DNA of 34,777 nt from a bacterium (GTDB taxonomy: Bacteria; Patescibacteriota; Minisyncoccia; Phycocordibacterales; PALSA-1337). The first letter of the stretch is position 1. The number at the start of each line of letters is the position of its first letter. A program made the translations under genes and the position numbers. The notes beneath the pieces were generated by a model. The model saw only the letters and a list, made by a program, of their open reading frames with translations. It ran no database searches and was not told where the DNA came from. The DNA is taken from contig JAJXVL010000003.1 in the NCBI GenBank assembly GCA_021782175.1, positions 1 through 34,777 on the forward strand, written 5' to 3'. Positions 25,433 to 34,160 of the stretch are shown in pieces.

Positions 25433-26892
25433 AGGAAAAACCGTTTTATATTACGACCACCCTGCCATATGTCAACGCAGAGCCTCATGTCGGGCATGCG
25501 CTAGAGTTTATTCGGGCTGATATCATTGCTCGCTGGCAGAGCCTGACTGGCCATGAAGTCTTCTTCAATACCGGCACCGACGAACACGGCAGCAAGATTT
25601 ACCAGAAGGCCGCTCAGGCGGGGATTTCGACACAAGCTTTCGTCGATCAGAATGCGGCCAAGTTCAAGGAGCTTTTGCCACTTCTCGGTATCCAGGACAA
25701 GGTCAACTTCGTGCGGACCACGGATCCCCATCACATCGCGGCCGCCCAAGAGTTCTGGCGCCGAGTAGCCAAGAACGGCTATATCTACAAGAAAGACTAT
25801 GCCATCAAATATTGCGTTGGTTGCGAATTGGAAAAAACTGATTCAGAGCTTGTGAATGGTCGTTGTCCATTGCACCCGCTCCAGGAGCTTGAGATCATTC
25901 AAGAAGAGAATTATTTCTTCAAATTCAGTGCCTTCGGTCCGAAGTTAGCGGCTTTCTATGAAGCTCACCCGGACTTCGTGGTGCCGAATTTCCGCTACAA
26001 CGAGATCAAGGCTTTTGTCAGCCGCGGCCTGGAGGACTTCAGTATCTCCAGACTCAAGAGCAAAATGCCCTGGGGTATCGAAGTACCTGATGATCCAAAT
26101 CAGGTGATGTATGTCTGGTTCGATGCGCTGGTGAACTATATTTCTGCCATTGGTTGGCCCGACGATCAGGTCCGTGGTGAGACAGTGCCGGGGGCTTTCG
26201 AGAAATGGTGGGTTCTCTCTGGCGGGGTAGTGCAGTACTGTGGCAAGGACAATCTGCGTCAGCAGAGCGCCATGTGGCAAGCTATGCTCATGGCAGCCGG
26301 TCTACCACCTTCACGGACGATTGTGATAGACGGTTTTGTAACTGGTGAAGGCGGCGTCAAAATGTCCAAGTCTCTCGGCAATACCATCGACCCTCTGGAG
26401 ATTATTCATGAATACGGCACAGAAGCCATGCGCTATTTCGTTTCGCGCGAATTATCGCCGTTCGAGGATAGTCCTTTTACCAAGGAGAAATTCAAAGAAG
26501 CCTACAATGCCAATCTGGCCAACGGTGTCGGTAATCTGACCAGTCGCATCATGAAGATGGCCGCCGACAATCTACCCCAGCCGATCTCTCTGCCGGCCGT
26601 GGAGTATCCGGAGGCTTATCGCCAAGCTATGGATGCTTACAATATCCAGGCGGCTGCCAATATCATCTGGCAGGAAATAGGGGAGGCTGATCGGATCATT
26701 CAGAGTCAGGCGCCCTTCAAGCTAGTCAAGACCGATCGTGAGGCCGCTCTGCTCATCATCAGTGATCTGGTCGCGCGGTTGTACAAAGTCGCTTATTTAC
26801 TCGCGCCGATTTTGCCAGAGACCGCGGAGACGATTCGAGGTTTGGTGGAGGGCAATAGTATGCCGACCGCGCCACTTTTCCTGAGGAAGTAA
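25429..26892 (+). CDS. metG: Methionine--tRNA ligase (short form)
   Basis: FYITTTLPYVN, HVGH, TGTDEHG, YVWFDALVNY, GKD, KMSKSLGN. Confidence 0.96.
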   Translation: MKEKPFYITTTLPYVNAEPHVGHALEFIRADIIARWQSLTGHEVFFNTGTDEHGSKIYQKAAQAGISTQAFVDQNAAKFKELLPLLGIQDKVNFVRTTDPHHIAAAQEFWRRVAKNGYIYKKDYAIKYCVGCELEKTDSELVNGRCPLHPLQELEIIQEENYFFKFSAFGPKLAAFYEAHPDFVVPNFRYNEIKAFVSRGLEDFSISRLKSKMPWGIEVPDDPNQVMYVWFDALVNYISAIGWPDDQVRGETVPGAFEKWWVLSGGVVQYCGKDNLRQQSAMWQAMLMAAGLPPSRTIVIDGFVTGEGGVKMSKSLGNTIDPLEIIHEYGTEAMRYFVSRELSPFEDSPFTKEKFKEAYNANLANGVGNLTSRIMKMAADNLPQPISLPAVEYPEAYRQAMDAYNIQAAANIIWQEIGEADRIIQSQAPFKLVKTDREAALLIISDLVARLYKVAYLLAPILPETAETIRGLVEGNSMPTAPLFLRK

Positions 26893-27144
26893 TCACAGTT
26901 GATTGTTTTTACTAAAAGTCAGAATCTGAAAAATTCATCAAAATTTGAGACTTTTTTGAAGGAAATTTGAACTTGAAAATGTTAGGTTGAAACAACCTAT
27001 TTGGCCCGTCTGTTCTTGCGTATGGCAAAAAGTCGTGTTAATCTCGAGTGGTATTATCAAATAATCGCAGCCAGTCCCACGAGGCTCTATTGAGCCAGAT
27101 GGGTCCCCGAAATCATCAAAAAGGGGCCGCTGACTGCCAAAACT

Positions 27145-27660
27145 ATGCAAGAAAACATTCGAGATGACCGTCAAAAGGTCTATGAGGTCGGGTATTTGAT
27201 CGCTGGTGTGCCAGAAGAGCAGGTAGCTGCCGAAGCTGATAAGGTGCGTACTCTGATCACTGAGGCTGGTGCCACCGTGATCGCTGAGGAGGCCCCGCAT
27301 CATGAGCAGCTTGCTTACGCTATTAGCAAGAAGACCGTCTCTGGTTCGTATGACAAATACGAAGTAGCTTCTTTCGGTTGGATCAAGTTCGAGGTCGGAT
27401 CGGACAAGATCGAAGCCTTGAAAAAGGCCATAGAAGTTGTACCGAGCGTCTTGCGTCTGCTTCTCATCACTACTACCAGTGAGAATACTTATCTCGGTAA
27501 GCGTGCTCCGGTCATGGCCGCGGCTTTCGTCAAGCAATCCTCGAGCAATCAGGGAACTGTGGCTGAGGATAGCGCCGCCAAGAAGGAGGTCGCTCCAGCC
27601 GCTCCGGCTACCATCGAAGAGATGGACAAGAGTATAGACAATATGGTCAAAGAGGCTTAA
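27145..27660 (+). CDS. rpsF: 30S ribosomal protein bS6 with C-terminal extension
   Basis: VYEVGYLI, QLAYAI.K, VLRLLLI; first gene of the rpsF-ssb-rpsR operon. Confidence 0.85.
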   Translation: MQENIRDDRQKVYEVGYLIAGVPEEQVAAEADKVRTLITEAGATVIAEEAPHHEQLAYAISKKTVSGSYDKYEVASFGWIKFEVGSDKIEALKKAIEVVPSVLRLLLITTTSENTYLGKRAPVMAAAFVKQSSSNQGTVAEDSAAKKEVAPAAPATIEEMDKSIDNMVKEA

Positions 27661-27684
27661 TCCTAGTACACTAGTATTACCACT

Positions 27685-28146
27685 ATGTATCTAAACAAAG
27701 CACTCATTATCGGCAATCTGACCCGCGACCCAGAGCTCAAAGCTCTGCCGTCCGGCTCCAAGCTCGCTAGTTTCAGTCTGGCTACCAACCGCTCCTTCAA
27801 GGACAAGGATGGCAATCGCCAAGATACCACCGAGTATCACAATATTGTGGCTTTCGGCCGTCTTGGTGAGTTGTGTGCCCAATATCTCAAGAAAGGTTCT
27901 CAGGCTTATGTCGAAGGCCGCCTGCAAACTCGTTCCTGGGATGCCGGTGATGGTTCCAAGAAATATCGCACAGAGATCATTGCTGACAATGTTCAGTTTG
28001 GTTCTCGGGCGCCTGGCGCCGGTTCAGCGAGTGGTACTCCGGCATCTACCGAGAAGAGCGAGACGGCTCCTTCTGGCGGGGAAGCCCCCGGCGATACCAT
28101 CGAGTATCCCCAAGAAGAGATCAATCCGGACGACATTCCTTTCTAG
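27685..28146 (+). CDS. ssb: Single-stranded DNA-binding protein
   Basis: LNKALIIGNLTRDPE, YLKKGS..YVEGRLQTRSW, C-terminal DDIPF. Confidence 0.98.
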   Translation: MYLNKALIIGNLTRDPELKALPSGSKLASFSLATNRSFKDKDGNRQDTTEYHNIVAFGRLGELCAQYLKKGSQAYVEGRLQTRSWDAGDGSKKYRTEIIADNVQFGSRAPGAGSASGTPASTEKSETAPSGGEAPGDTIEYPQEEINPDDIPF

Positions 28147-28205
28147 TTACCTCTAGTTACCCCAAGCAACATCATTCAATCAAGTTATAGTAAAAGTCTA
28201 CCAAT

Positions 28206-28409
28206 ATGAAAAAACAATGTTATTTCAGCCAGCATAATATCAAGCATATCGATTACAAGGATACGGAGATTTTGCGCAAGTTTCTCAACCCACACGGCCG
28301 TCTCATCAGCCGCAAGCGTTCGGGCATCTCTGCCAAGTACCAGCGTCAGCTGGCTATGGCCGTCAAGCGCGCGCGCTTCATGGGTCTCCTGCCTTACGTC
28401 GCTAAATAA
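28206..28409 (+). CDS. rpsR: 30S ribosomal protein bS18
   Basis: [28 protein letters not shown]. Confidence 0.97.
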   Translation: MKKQCYFSQHNIKHIDYKDTEILRKFLNPHGRLISRKRSGISAKYQRQLAMAVKRARFMGLLPYVAK

Positions 28410-28417
28410 TCCAACAT

Positions 28418-29476
28418 ATGCCCAGCAAAAAAAACAAACCCGCCGCTTCTCATGCTGATACGGTGGAGGCTCCTTCGCGCAAGCCGAGCGGCTCGCACGC
28501 CGCCGCGGATATGAGCGTGGCTCTGGATGCCATCAGAGTCAAATTTGGTGATGAAGCTATCATGCGTCTCGGTGACAAGCCGCGCGTTGATGTCGGAGCG
28601 ATTCCGACTGGTTCACTCGGACTCGATGCCGCTCTCGGCATTGGTGGTTTGCCTCGGGGACGTATTGTGGAGATTTTTGGTCCGGAATCTTCCGGCAAAA
28701 CCACGCTAGCCCTACATGTCGTAGCTGAAGCTCAGAAATTGGGCGGCATGTGCGCTTATATCGATGCGGAGCACGCTATGGATCCGGAGTATGCCAAGCG
28801 ATTGGGAGTGCAGATCAATGACCTCCTGATCTCCCAGCCGGATACGGGCGAGCAAGCACTGGAAATTGTCGAGAGCCTGATCAGGACCGGCAATATGGAT
28901 GTTGTAGTGATTGACTCGGTGGCCGCTCTCACGCCGCGCGCGGAGATTGAGGGTGATATGGGTGCCGCGCATGTCGGCATCCAGGCTCGTCTCATGTCGC
29001 AAGCTCTGCGCAAACTCACAGCTATCGTGGCCAAGTCCAAGACCGTAGTTATTTTCATCAATCAGATCCGCATGCAGATCGGTATTATGTTTGGCAATCC
29101 GGAAACCACGCCGGGCGGCAAAGCTCTGAAGTTCTATTCCTCAGTACGTCTCGATATCCGCCGTATTGCCCAGATCAAGAAGGGTGAAGAGATCATGGGT
29201 GGTCGGGTGAGGGTCAAGGTGGTCAAGAACAAGGTGGCCGCGCCATTCAAGCAAACAGAGTTTGATCTGATGTACAACGAGGGTATTTCTCGAGAAGGGG
29301 AACTGATCGCTCTGGGTGAGAAGTACGGTCTCTTGAGCCATAGCGGCGCCTCATACGCCTATGGCGAGCTCAAGCTTGGTCGTGGCTATGATGCCACGCG
29401 CCAGTTCCTGAAAGAACATCCCGAAATTAGCGAAGAAATTCTCAAGGCTGTGCGCGTCAAATTCGAAGAGAACTAG
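28418..29476 (+). CDS. recA: Recombinase RecA
   Basis: [59 protein letters not shown]. Confidence 0.99.
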   Translation: MPSKKNKPAASHADTVEAPSRKPSGSHAAADMSVALDAIRVKFGDEAIMRLGDKPRVDVGAIPTGSLGLDAALGIGGLPRGRIVEIFGPESSGKTTLALHVVAEAQKLGGMCAYIDAEHAMDPEYAKRLGVQINDLLISQPDTGEQALEIVESLIRTGNMDVVVIDSVAALTPRAEIEGDMGAAHVGIQARLMSQALRKLTAIVAKSKTVVIFINQIRMQIGIMFGNPETTPGGKALKFYSSVRLDIRRIAQIKKGEEIMGGRVRVKVVKNKVAAPFKQTEFDLMYNEGISREGELIALGEKYGLLSHSGASYAYGELKLGRGYDATRQFLKEHPEISEEILKAVRVKFEEN

Positions 29477-29494
29477 AGTAGATTGGAGTGTAAG

Positions 29495-29523
29495 GCAAAA
29501 CCGCCAGACCTGGCGGTTTTTGC
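29495..29523 (+). terminator. Intrinsic terminator after recA
   Basis: AAAACCGCCA-GACC-TGGCGGTTTTT. Confidence 0.8.
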
Positions 29524-29578
29524 ATTTTTGGCCTGGTTCGGCTAGGATAAGGCTCTATTAACGCATATCCATACCACT

Positions 29579-30151
29579 ATGTCTTTGCTTGAATACAATG
29601 AAATTACGGAGAAGAAGTTCATCGTTTTGGACGGAGCCCCGTACGAAGTCATTTCTTCTCATGTTTTCCGCAAACAGCAGCGCAAGCCCGTCAACGCTAC
29701 CAAGCTCAAGAATCTGATGACCGGCAAGGTGACGGAGTACTCATTCCACCAGTCCGAAAAAGTCGACGAAGCCGAGATTGAGTCTCGCGAAGTGAAGTAT
29801 CTATATAACAATCGTGGCGAATGGTGGTTCTGCGAGGCTAGCGATCCATCCAAGCGTTTCAAGGTTGATGAAGAGACTGTTGGTCCTCAGGGACGCTTCC
29901 TCAAGCCCAATACGGTGATTGAGCAGCTCTTGTTCCGAGAACAGCCGATGGGTTTCAAATTCCCAATCACGGTAGAGCTCAAGGTGACAGAAGCACCACC
30001 CAATGTCAAAGGCGACACCGCTACGGGTGGTCAGAAAACCGTTACTCTGGAAACAGGAGCCACTATCAATGTACCGCTCTTCGTCAATGCTGGTGAAATC
30101 ATCAAGATCAACACTGAGACTGGCGAATATCGCGAGCGTGTTGGTAAATAA
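29579..30151 (+). CDS. efp: Elongation factor P
   Basis: KLKNLMTG, VELKVTEAPPNVKGDTATGG.K.VTLETG...VPLFV..GE.IKINTETGEY.ERV. The tip loop reads RKQQRK rather than PGKG. Confidence 0.93.
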   Translation: MSLLEYNEITEKKFIVLDGAPYEVISSHVFRKQQRKPVNATKLKNLMTGKVTEYSFHQSEKVDEAEIESREVKYLYNNRGEWWFCEASDPSKRFKVDEETVGPQGRFLKPNTVIEQLLFREQPMGFKFPITVELKVTEAPPNVKGDTATGGQKTVTLETGATINVPLFVNAGEIIKINTETGEYRERVGK

Positions 30152-30170
30152 AAAAGCTAACCTTTTTGGG

Positions 30171-30557
30171 TTAGGGCTGAGTAGTAGTGGCCGGTAGAGG
30201 TACCGTACCCAAAACCTTGAGTATGTCCTCAGTCTGTCGACCGAATTGGTCGGTAGCACGAATAGTGATGGTATTGGAACCAGGGAAGATCACCCGATTG
30301 GCCTTGAAGGACCCAGATTGGTCCATTGATAAGGGGACACCGTCAACAGAAAGACTGTTGACTCTTTCGGCGCGGCCAATGATCGTGACAGTCGAAGAAG
30401 CGATTGATGATCCGGAAAAGGGCTGGAAAATGATAACACTTGGTCCGTTGAGGTATGGTAGGGAACGCCATAGGGCATAAGCCGCGATCAAGACAATAAC
30501 CAACAAGCCGATAGCCCAGCGTATCAGGCTGATGATTTTAAGGCGTGAGGATATCAT
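30171..30557 (-). CDS. Membrane-anchored Ig-like (IPT/Big-type) small protein
   Basis: N-terminal TM, then GPSVIIFQP..., GSF......PGSNTITIRATDQFG. Start set at 30557, overlapping the ftsK end. Confidence 0.7.
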   Translation of the reverse strand: MISSRLKIISLIRWAIGLLVIVLIAAYALWRSLPYLNGPSVIIFQPFSGSSIASSTVTIIGRAERVNSLSVDGVPLSMDQSGSFKANRVIFPGSNTITIRATDQFGRQTEDILKVLGTVPLPATTTQP

Positions 30558-32868
30558 TTGAATTGTCAGTCGTACCGGTCTGCTCAATACCTGTACCGAC
30601 ACCGATCACTTCGCGAGGCTTTGAGCCATTGGCTGGACCGATCACGCCGCGTTCCTCGAGCATATCCATGAGTTTGGCGGCTCGGGAATAGCCGATGCCA
30701 AGTTTGCGCTGGATGTAGGAAGTCGAGGCTTTGCCGGCGGAAACTACGGCTTCACGAGCTGGTTCGTACATCTCATCTTCTTCCTCGAGATTGTCACCAT
30801 CGAGAGCGCCGGACAAGCCGCCCATGGAGTCAAAGGCCGCACTAGAACCAGCCTCCGGGGTGGTCAGGCTGATTTCACCCATAATCTCATCTTTGTATTG
30901 ATCAGCCAGGAATTTGACGACTCTTTTGACCTCAGATTCGGAGATATAGGCTGATTGCAGACGGACAGGCTTGGACATTTCGCCGCCCAGATAGAGCATA
31001 TCACCAGCACCGAGTAGTTTCTCAGCGCCCTGCTGATCCAGGATAGTCCTAGAGTCAATCTGAGAAGCCACCTGCAAGGCTACACGGGTAGGGATGTTCG
31101 CTTTGATGAGGCCGGTGATGACGTTGACGCTCGGTCGCTGAGTGGAAATGATGAGGTGGATACCGACAGCGCGGCTCATCTGGGCCAGACGAACAATGGC
31201 TGATTCGAGTTCACGCGGGTAAGTCTGCATAATATCAGCCAATTCATCAATCACGATGACGATATAAGGCATCGTTTCCGGCAAAGTCTCACTGTCGGCA
31301 TTTTCCTCGTCGTCTTTGTGATTCTTGCGGTATTTGGCCAGAGCAGGAGCCAGAACATTCTTGTGATAGGAATCGATATCACGAGTGGCGCTTTTCTCGA
31401 GGACATCATAGCGACGACTCATCTCCTTGGCGGCCCATTTGAGAGCCAGGATTGCTTTCTTGGGATCGGTGATGACTGGGGTGAGTAGGTGGGGAATCTT
31501 GTTGTAAAGGGTCATTTCCACACGCTTGGGATCGATCATGATGAACTTGAGATTTTCCGGTGAATTGCGGAAGAGCAGGGAAGTGACCACGGCATGAATA
31601 GTGACAGACTTGCCTGAACCCGTGGCACCGGCAATGAGCATGTGCGGGGCTTTGGCCAGATTGGTGAAATGGGCCCGTCCGGCAATGTCCTTGCCGAGGG
31701 AAGTGAGGAGGGGTTTCTCGGACTCTTGGTAGTCCGGTGAAGATAGAAGGGTGGCCAGACCAACCGTAGTCTTGGCTGTATTGGGCACCTCAATACCTAC
31801 TAGTGATTTGCCAGGAATAGGGGCCTCGATGCGGATAGGGTGGGCGGCCAAGGCCAAGGCCAGGTCATTGTTCAAGCCGACGATTCGGGAGAGTTTGACA
31901 CCCTCGGCCGGCTTGAGGGCATAGCGAGTAACCGACGGGCCGATAGAGATCTCATCCATTTCGACGGTAATACCGAAGTTCTGGAGGGTACGCTTGATGA
32001 TGTTGGCATTGGCCTTGATATCGCCAGTTTCTGGTTTGCCGCGATCTTTTTCGAGTAGGGACAACGGCGGGGGAGTGAAAGGTTTGAGGAGAGGTACTAC
32101 CACGGAAGAAGCAAAACCGCTCTCTTCTTCCTCGCTCCACTCCAGTTTCTTGGCTTTGACAGTCTTCTTGACTTCGGTCATGGGTGGCTTGGCCTTGGGG
32201 TTCTGTTCGGCGGGCTCCTCATCAGTACCACTTTCCTCGGCATTGGCCGCAGCGACGGCCGAAGCCACCATCGCTTCTTCGTCAGAGTCCATTTCAGCTG
32301 AGGCCGCTAGTTTGCGTTTGCTGGAGACCTTGGATTCGGCTTCTTCATCCTCGGCATGGTGCCAAAAGGCCAGGCCTTCCCAGGTGATATGCCACTCGAA
32401 CATTACCACGAGGGAAGCAGATAGGAGAGCGATGAGGAAAAGGGCTGTCGCCCAAACATCGACGAGTTTGACCAGAGGTCTAGCGATCCAGCCGCCTACC
32501 ACACCACCCAGATCACCAGGCAGGAGATAGATCAGGCCCAGACCAGAGAGGAAGAAAATCACTGCGCTCATAGTCTTGATCAGATCGAAGCGCCGTTCCA
32601 CCCCCTTGATAAAAGCGATGCCAAGGAGGGTAGTAACTATCGGTATCAGGAAATAGCCTACGCCAAAAGCCTTGGTGAGGAAATCAAAAGCAAACTGACC
32701 AACCAATCCAGCCAAATCACTGCCATCAGTCCGGTGGAAAGCCGCTAGGAGGGAGATCAGAGCTATCAGGAAAGAGAAGATGGCCATGATAGCATGCACC
32801 GTCTCATCTTTGAGAGAGTTCCAAAACCGAGTCTGTTTGCCTGGGTCAGCCTTTTTCTTCTTGGCCAT
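30538..32868 (-). CDS. ftsK: DNA translocase FtsK/SpoIIIE (4TM + motor + gamma domain)
   Basis: IRIEAPIPGK, PHMLIAGATGSGKS, IDPKRVE, IDELAD, TQRPS, GAEKLLGAGDML, QRKLGIGYSRAA. Start set at MAKKK (32868). Confidence 0.97.
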   Translation of the reverse strand: MAKKKKADPGKQTRFWNSLKDETVHAIMAIFSFLIALISLLAAFHRTDGSDLAGLVGQFAFDFLTKAFGVGYFLIPIVTTLLGIAFIKGVERRFDLIKTMSAVIFFLSGLGLIYLLPGDLGGVVGGWIARPLVKLVDVWATALFLIALLSASLVVMFEWHITWEGLAFWHHAEDEEAESKVSSKRKLAASAEMDSDEEAMVASAVAAANAEESGTDEEPAEQNPKAKPPMTEVKKTVKAKKLEWSEEEESGFASSVVVPLLKPFTPPPLSLLEKDRGKPETGDIKANANIIKRTLQNFGITVEMDEISIGPSVTRYALKPAEGVKLSRIVGLNNDLALALAAHPIRIEAPIPGKSLVGIEVPNTAKTTVGLATLLSSPDYQESEKPLLTSLGKDIAGRAHFTNLAKAPHMLIAGATGSGKSVTIHAVVTSLLFRNSPENLKFIMIDPKRVEMTLYNKIPHLLTPVITDPKKAILALKWAAKEMSRRYDVLEKSATRDIDSYHKNVLAPALAKYRKNHKDDEENADSETLPETMPYIVIVIDELADIMQTYPRELESAIVRLAQMSRAVGIHLIISTQRPSVNVITGLIKANIPTRVALQVASQIDSRTILDQQGAEKLLGAGDMLYLGGEMSKPVRLQSAYISESEVKRVVKFLADQYKDEIMGEISLTTPEAGSSAAFDSMGGLSGALDGDNLEEEDEMYEPAREAVVSAGKASTSYIQRKLGIGYSRAAKLMDMLEERGVIGPANGSKPREVIGVGTGIEQTGTTDNSNDILTP

Positions 32869-33000
32869 GCCAGTCATCATATCATATGGAAGCTTGCTTT
32901 TCTCCTTTTGGCCTATATAATACTTCTGTCTGATATGGGTTTGTGCGATGTCTTTTTCAATAAGACATCAGAAGATAAAAGACAAACCCTATTTACTCTG

Positions 33001-33771
33001 ATGGACAATAAAGACAAACAAAATCCTATACCGCCTTCTCAGGATCCTATAAACTGGAAATCGCTAGGTTTCTTCTCGGCAGAAGATTATCTAGTCTACA
33101 TCTTCAAAAAGACAGAGAAGATTACCGCCGCCCTGTACCTGGTCTCAGGATTACTCAAGGACGATGAACCCTTGAAGTGGGAATTGCGCGATCGCGGCAT
33201 GAGTCTGATATCCTCGTCCTTTACAGCCTCATCGTCGGTGCCTGGGGATAAGAATGCCGTTATCCAGTCACTTTTTGGTTCGGCTCTAGAAACGATCTCT
33301 CTACTCAATGTGGCCAGAGTTTCCAATCTGATATCTGAGATGAACCATATATTGTTGGTAAGGGAGATAGACAGCATTATCATCATGCTCCGTGATCGTT
33401 TGGCTCAGAGCGCTGAGAATGCCGGATATGTTCTGTCAGAGTCCTTCTTCAAGACACCAGATCTCTTCAGTTCCGGTTTCAAGGCGGATGTTCGCGGGAC
33501 TAGTCATAATGAGAAGAACAAACCAGGGCTAACCATCCAAGATCAAAATACCAATAAAGGACATGCCCAAAGTCTGGTCAAGAAGAACCAGAGACAGGAA
33601 CATATCCTGGCTATTCTGCAGAAACAGTCCAATTTGACGATCAAAGATTTCTCGCGAGCTATTCAGGATTGCAGTGAGAAGACCATCCAGAGAGAGTTGC
33701 TGGAACTAGTCGAAAAGGGGGTTATAAAGAAGGAAGGGGAGCGCCGTTGGAGCCGGTATTCACTCAAATAA
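33001..33771 (+). CDS. Helical N-domain + C-terminal DeoR-like winged-HTH protein, putative transcriptional regulator
   Basis: C-terminal RQEHILAILQKQSNLTIKDF....SEKTIQRELLELVEKGVIKKEGERRWSRY. Start 33001 lies downstream of the promoter TTGCTT..TATAAT (32894-32921). Confidence 0.75.
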   Translation: MDNKDKQNPIPPSQDPINWKSLGFFSAEDYLVYIFKKTEKITAALYLVSGLLKDDEPLKWELRDRGMSLISSSFTASSSVPGDKNAVIQSLFGSALETISLLNVARVSNLISEMNHILLVREIDSIIIMLRDRLAQSAENAGYVLSESFFKTPDLFSSGFKADVRGTSHNEKNKPGLTIQDQNTNKGHAQSLVKKNQRQEHILAILQKQSNLTIKDFSRAIQDCSEKTIQRELLELVEKGVIKKEGERRWSRYSLK

Positions 33772-33859
33772 GCGCTCGAAGACTATAAATAGACGCCCAA
33801 TGCCAGAGCACGGCTAGGGAGGGCCCTAAACTTGACTTTTCGGGTCAAATAACCTAGAG

Positions 33860-33868
33860 TTATCCACA
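33860..33868 (+). promoter_or_regulatory. Single consensus DnaA box
   Basis: TTATCCACA, 10 nt upstream of the -35 of the surface-protein promoter. Confidence 0.45.
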
Positions 33869-33878
33869 TTAAACATTT

Positions 33879-34160
33879 TTGCCGTACCGCTTAACTATGC
33901 GCTATAATGCTTTGCAACGAGCGCCAGATCAGTCGTTTGGTCAGGCGTTCGTCCCAAGGCGTAAGCTCTGGGTTTAGTCGGACTTTGACAACTGAACATG
34001 TCACTTGTCTCTAGTCCTATTTGTGCACCACTAACTCTTCTGTTCGGACGTCGATAGTACGACGGAGGAATGTGGATTTATCAGTCTTACTAGGCAATGT
34101 CTCCCCGAAATATTAAAAAGTAAGACCGGGGGTCCATTGTTAATTATCAAAAACATAGCT
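33879..34160 (+). promoter_or_regulatory. Promoter and long structured 5' leader of the surface-protein gene
   Basis: TTGCCG (33879-33884), 18 nt, TATAAT (33903-33908), then ~245 nt with several hairpins before ATG 34161. Confidence 0.6.

Noticed and set aside
28143-28161. Tandem CTAGTTACC repeat after ssb
   Set aside because: Only two short copies with no spacers; not CRISPR. No CRISPR array, tRNA, rRNA, integrase or transposase was seen in the window.
33772-33900. Replication origin
   Set aside because: Only one consensus DnaA box, no clear unwinding element and no dnaA/dnaN nearby.
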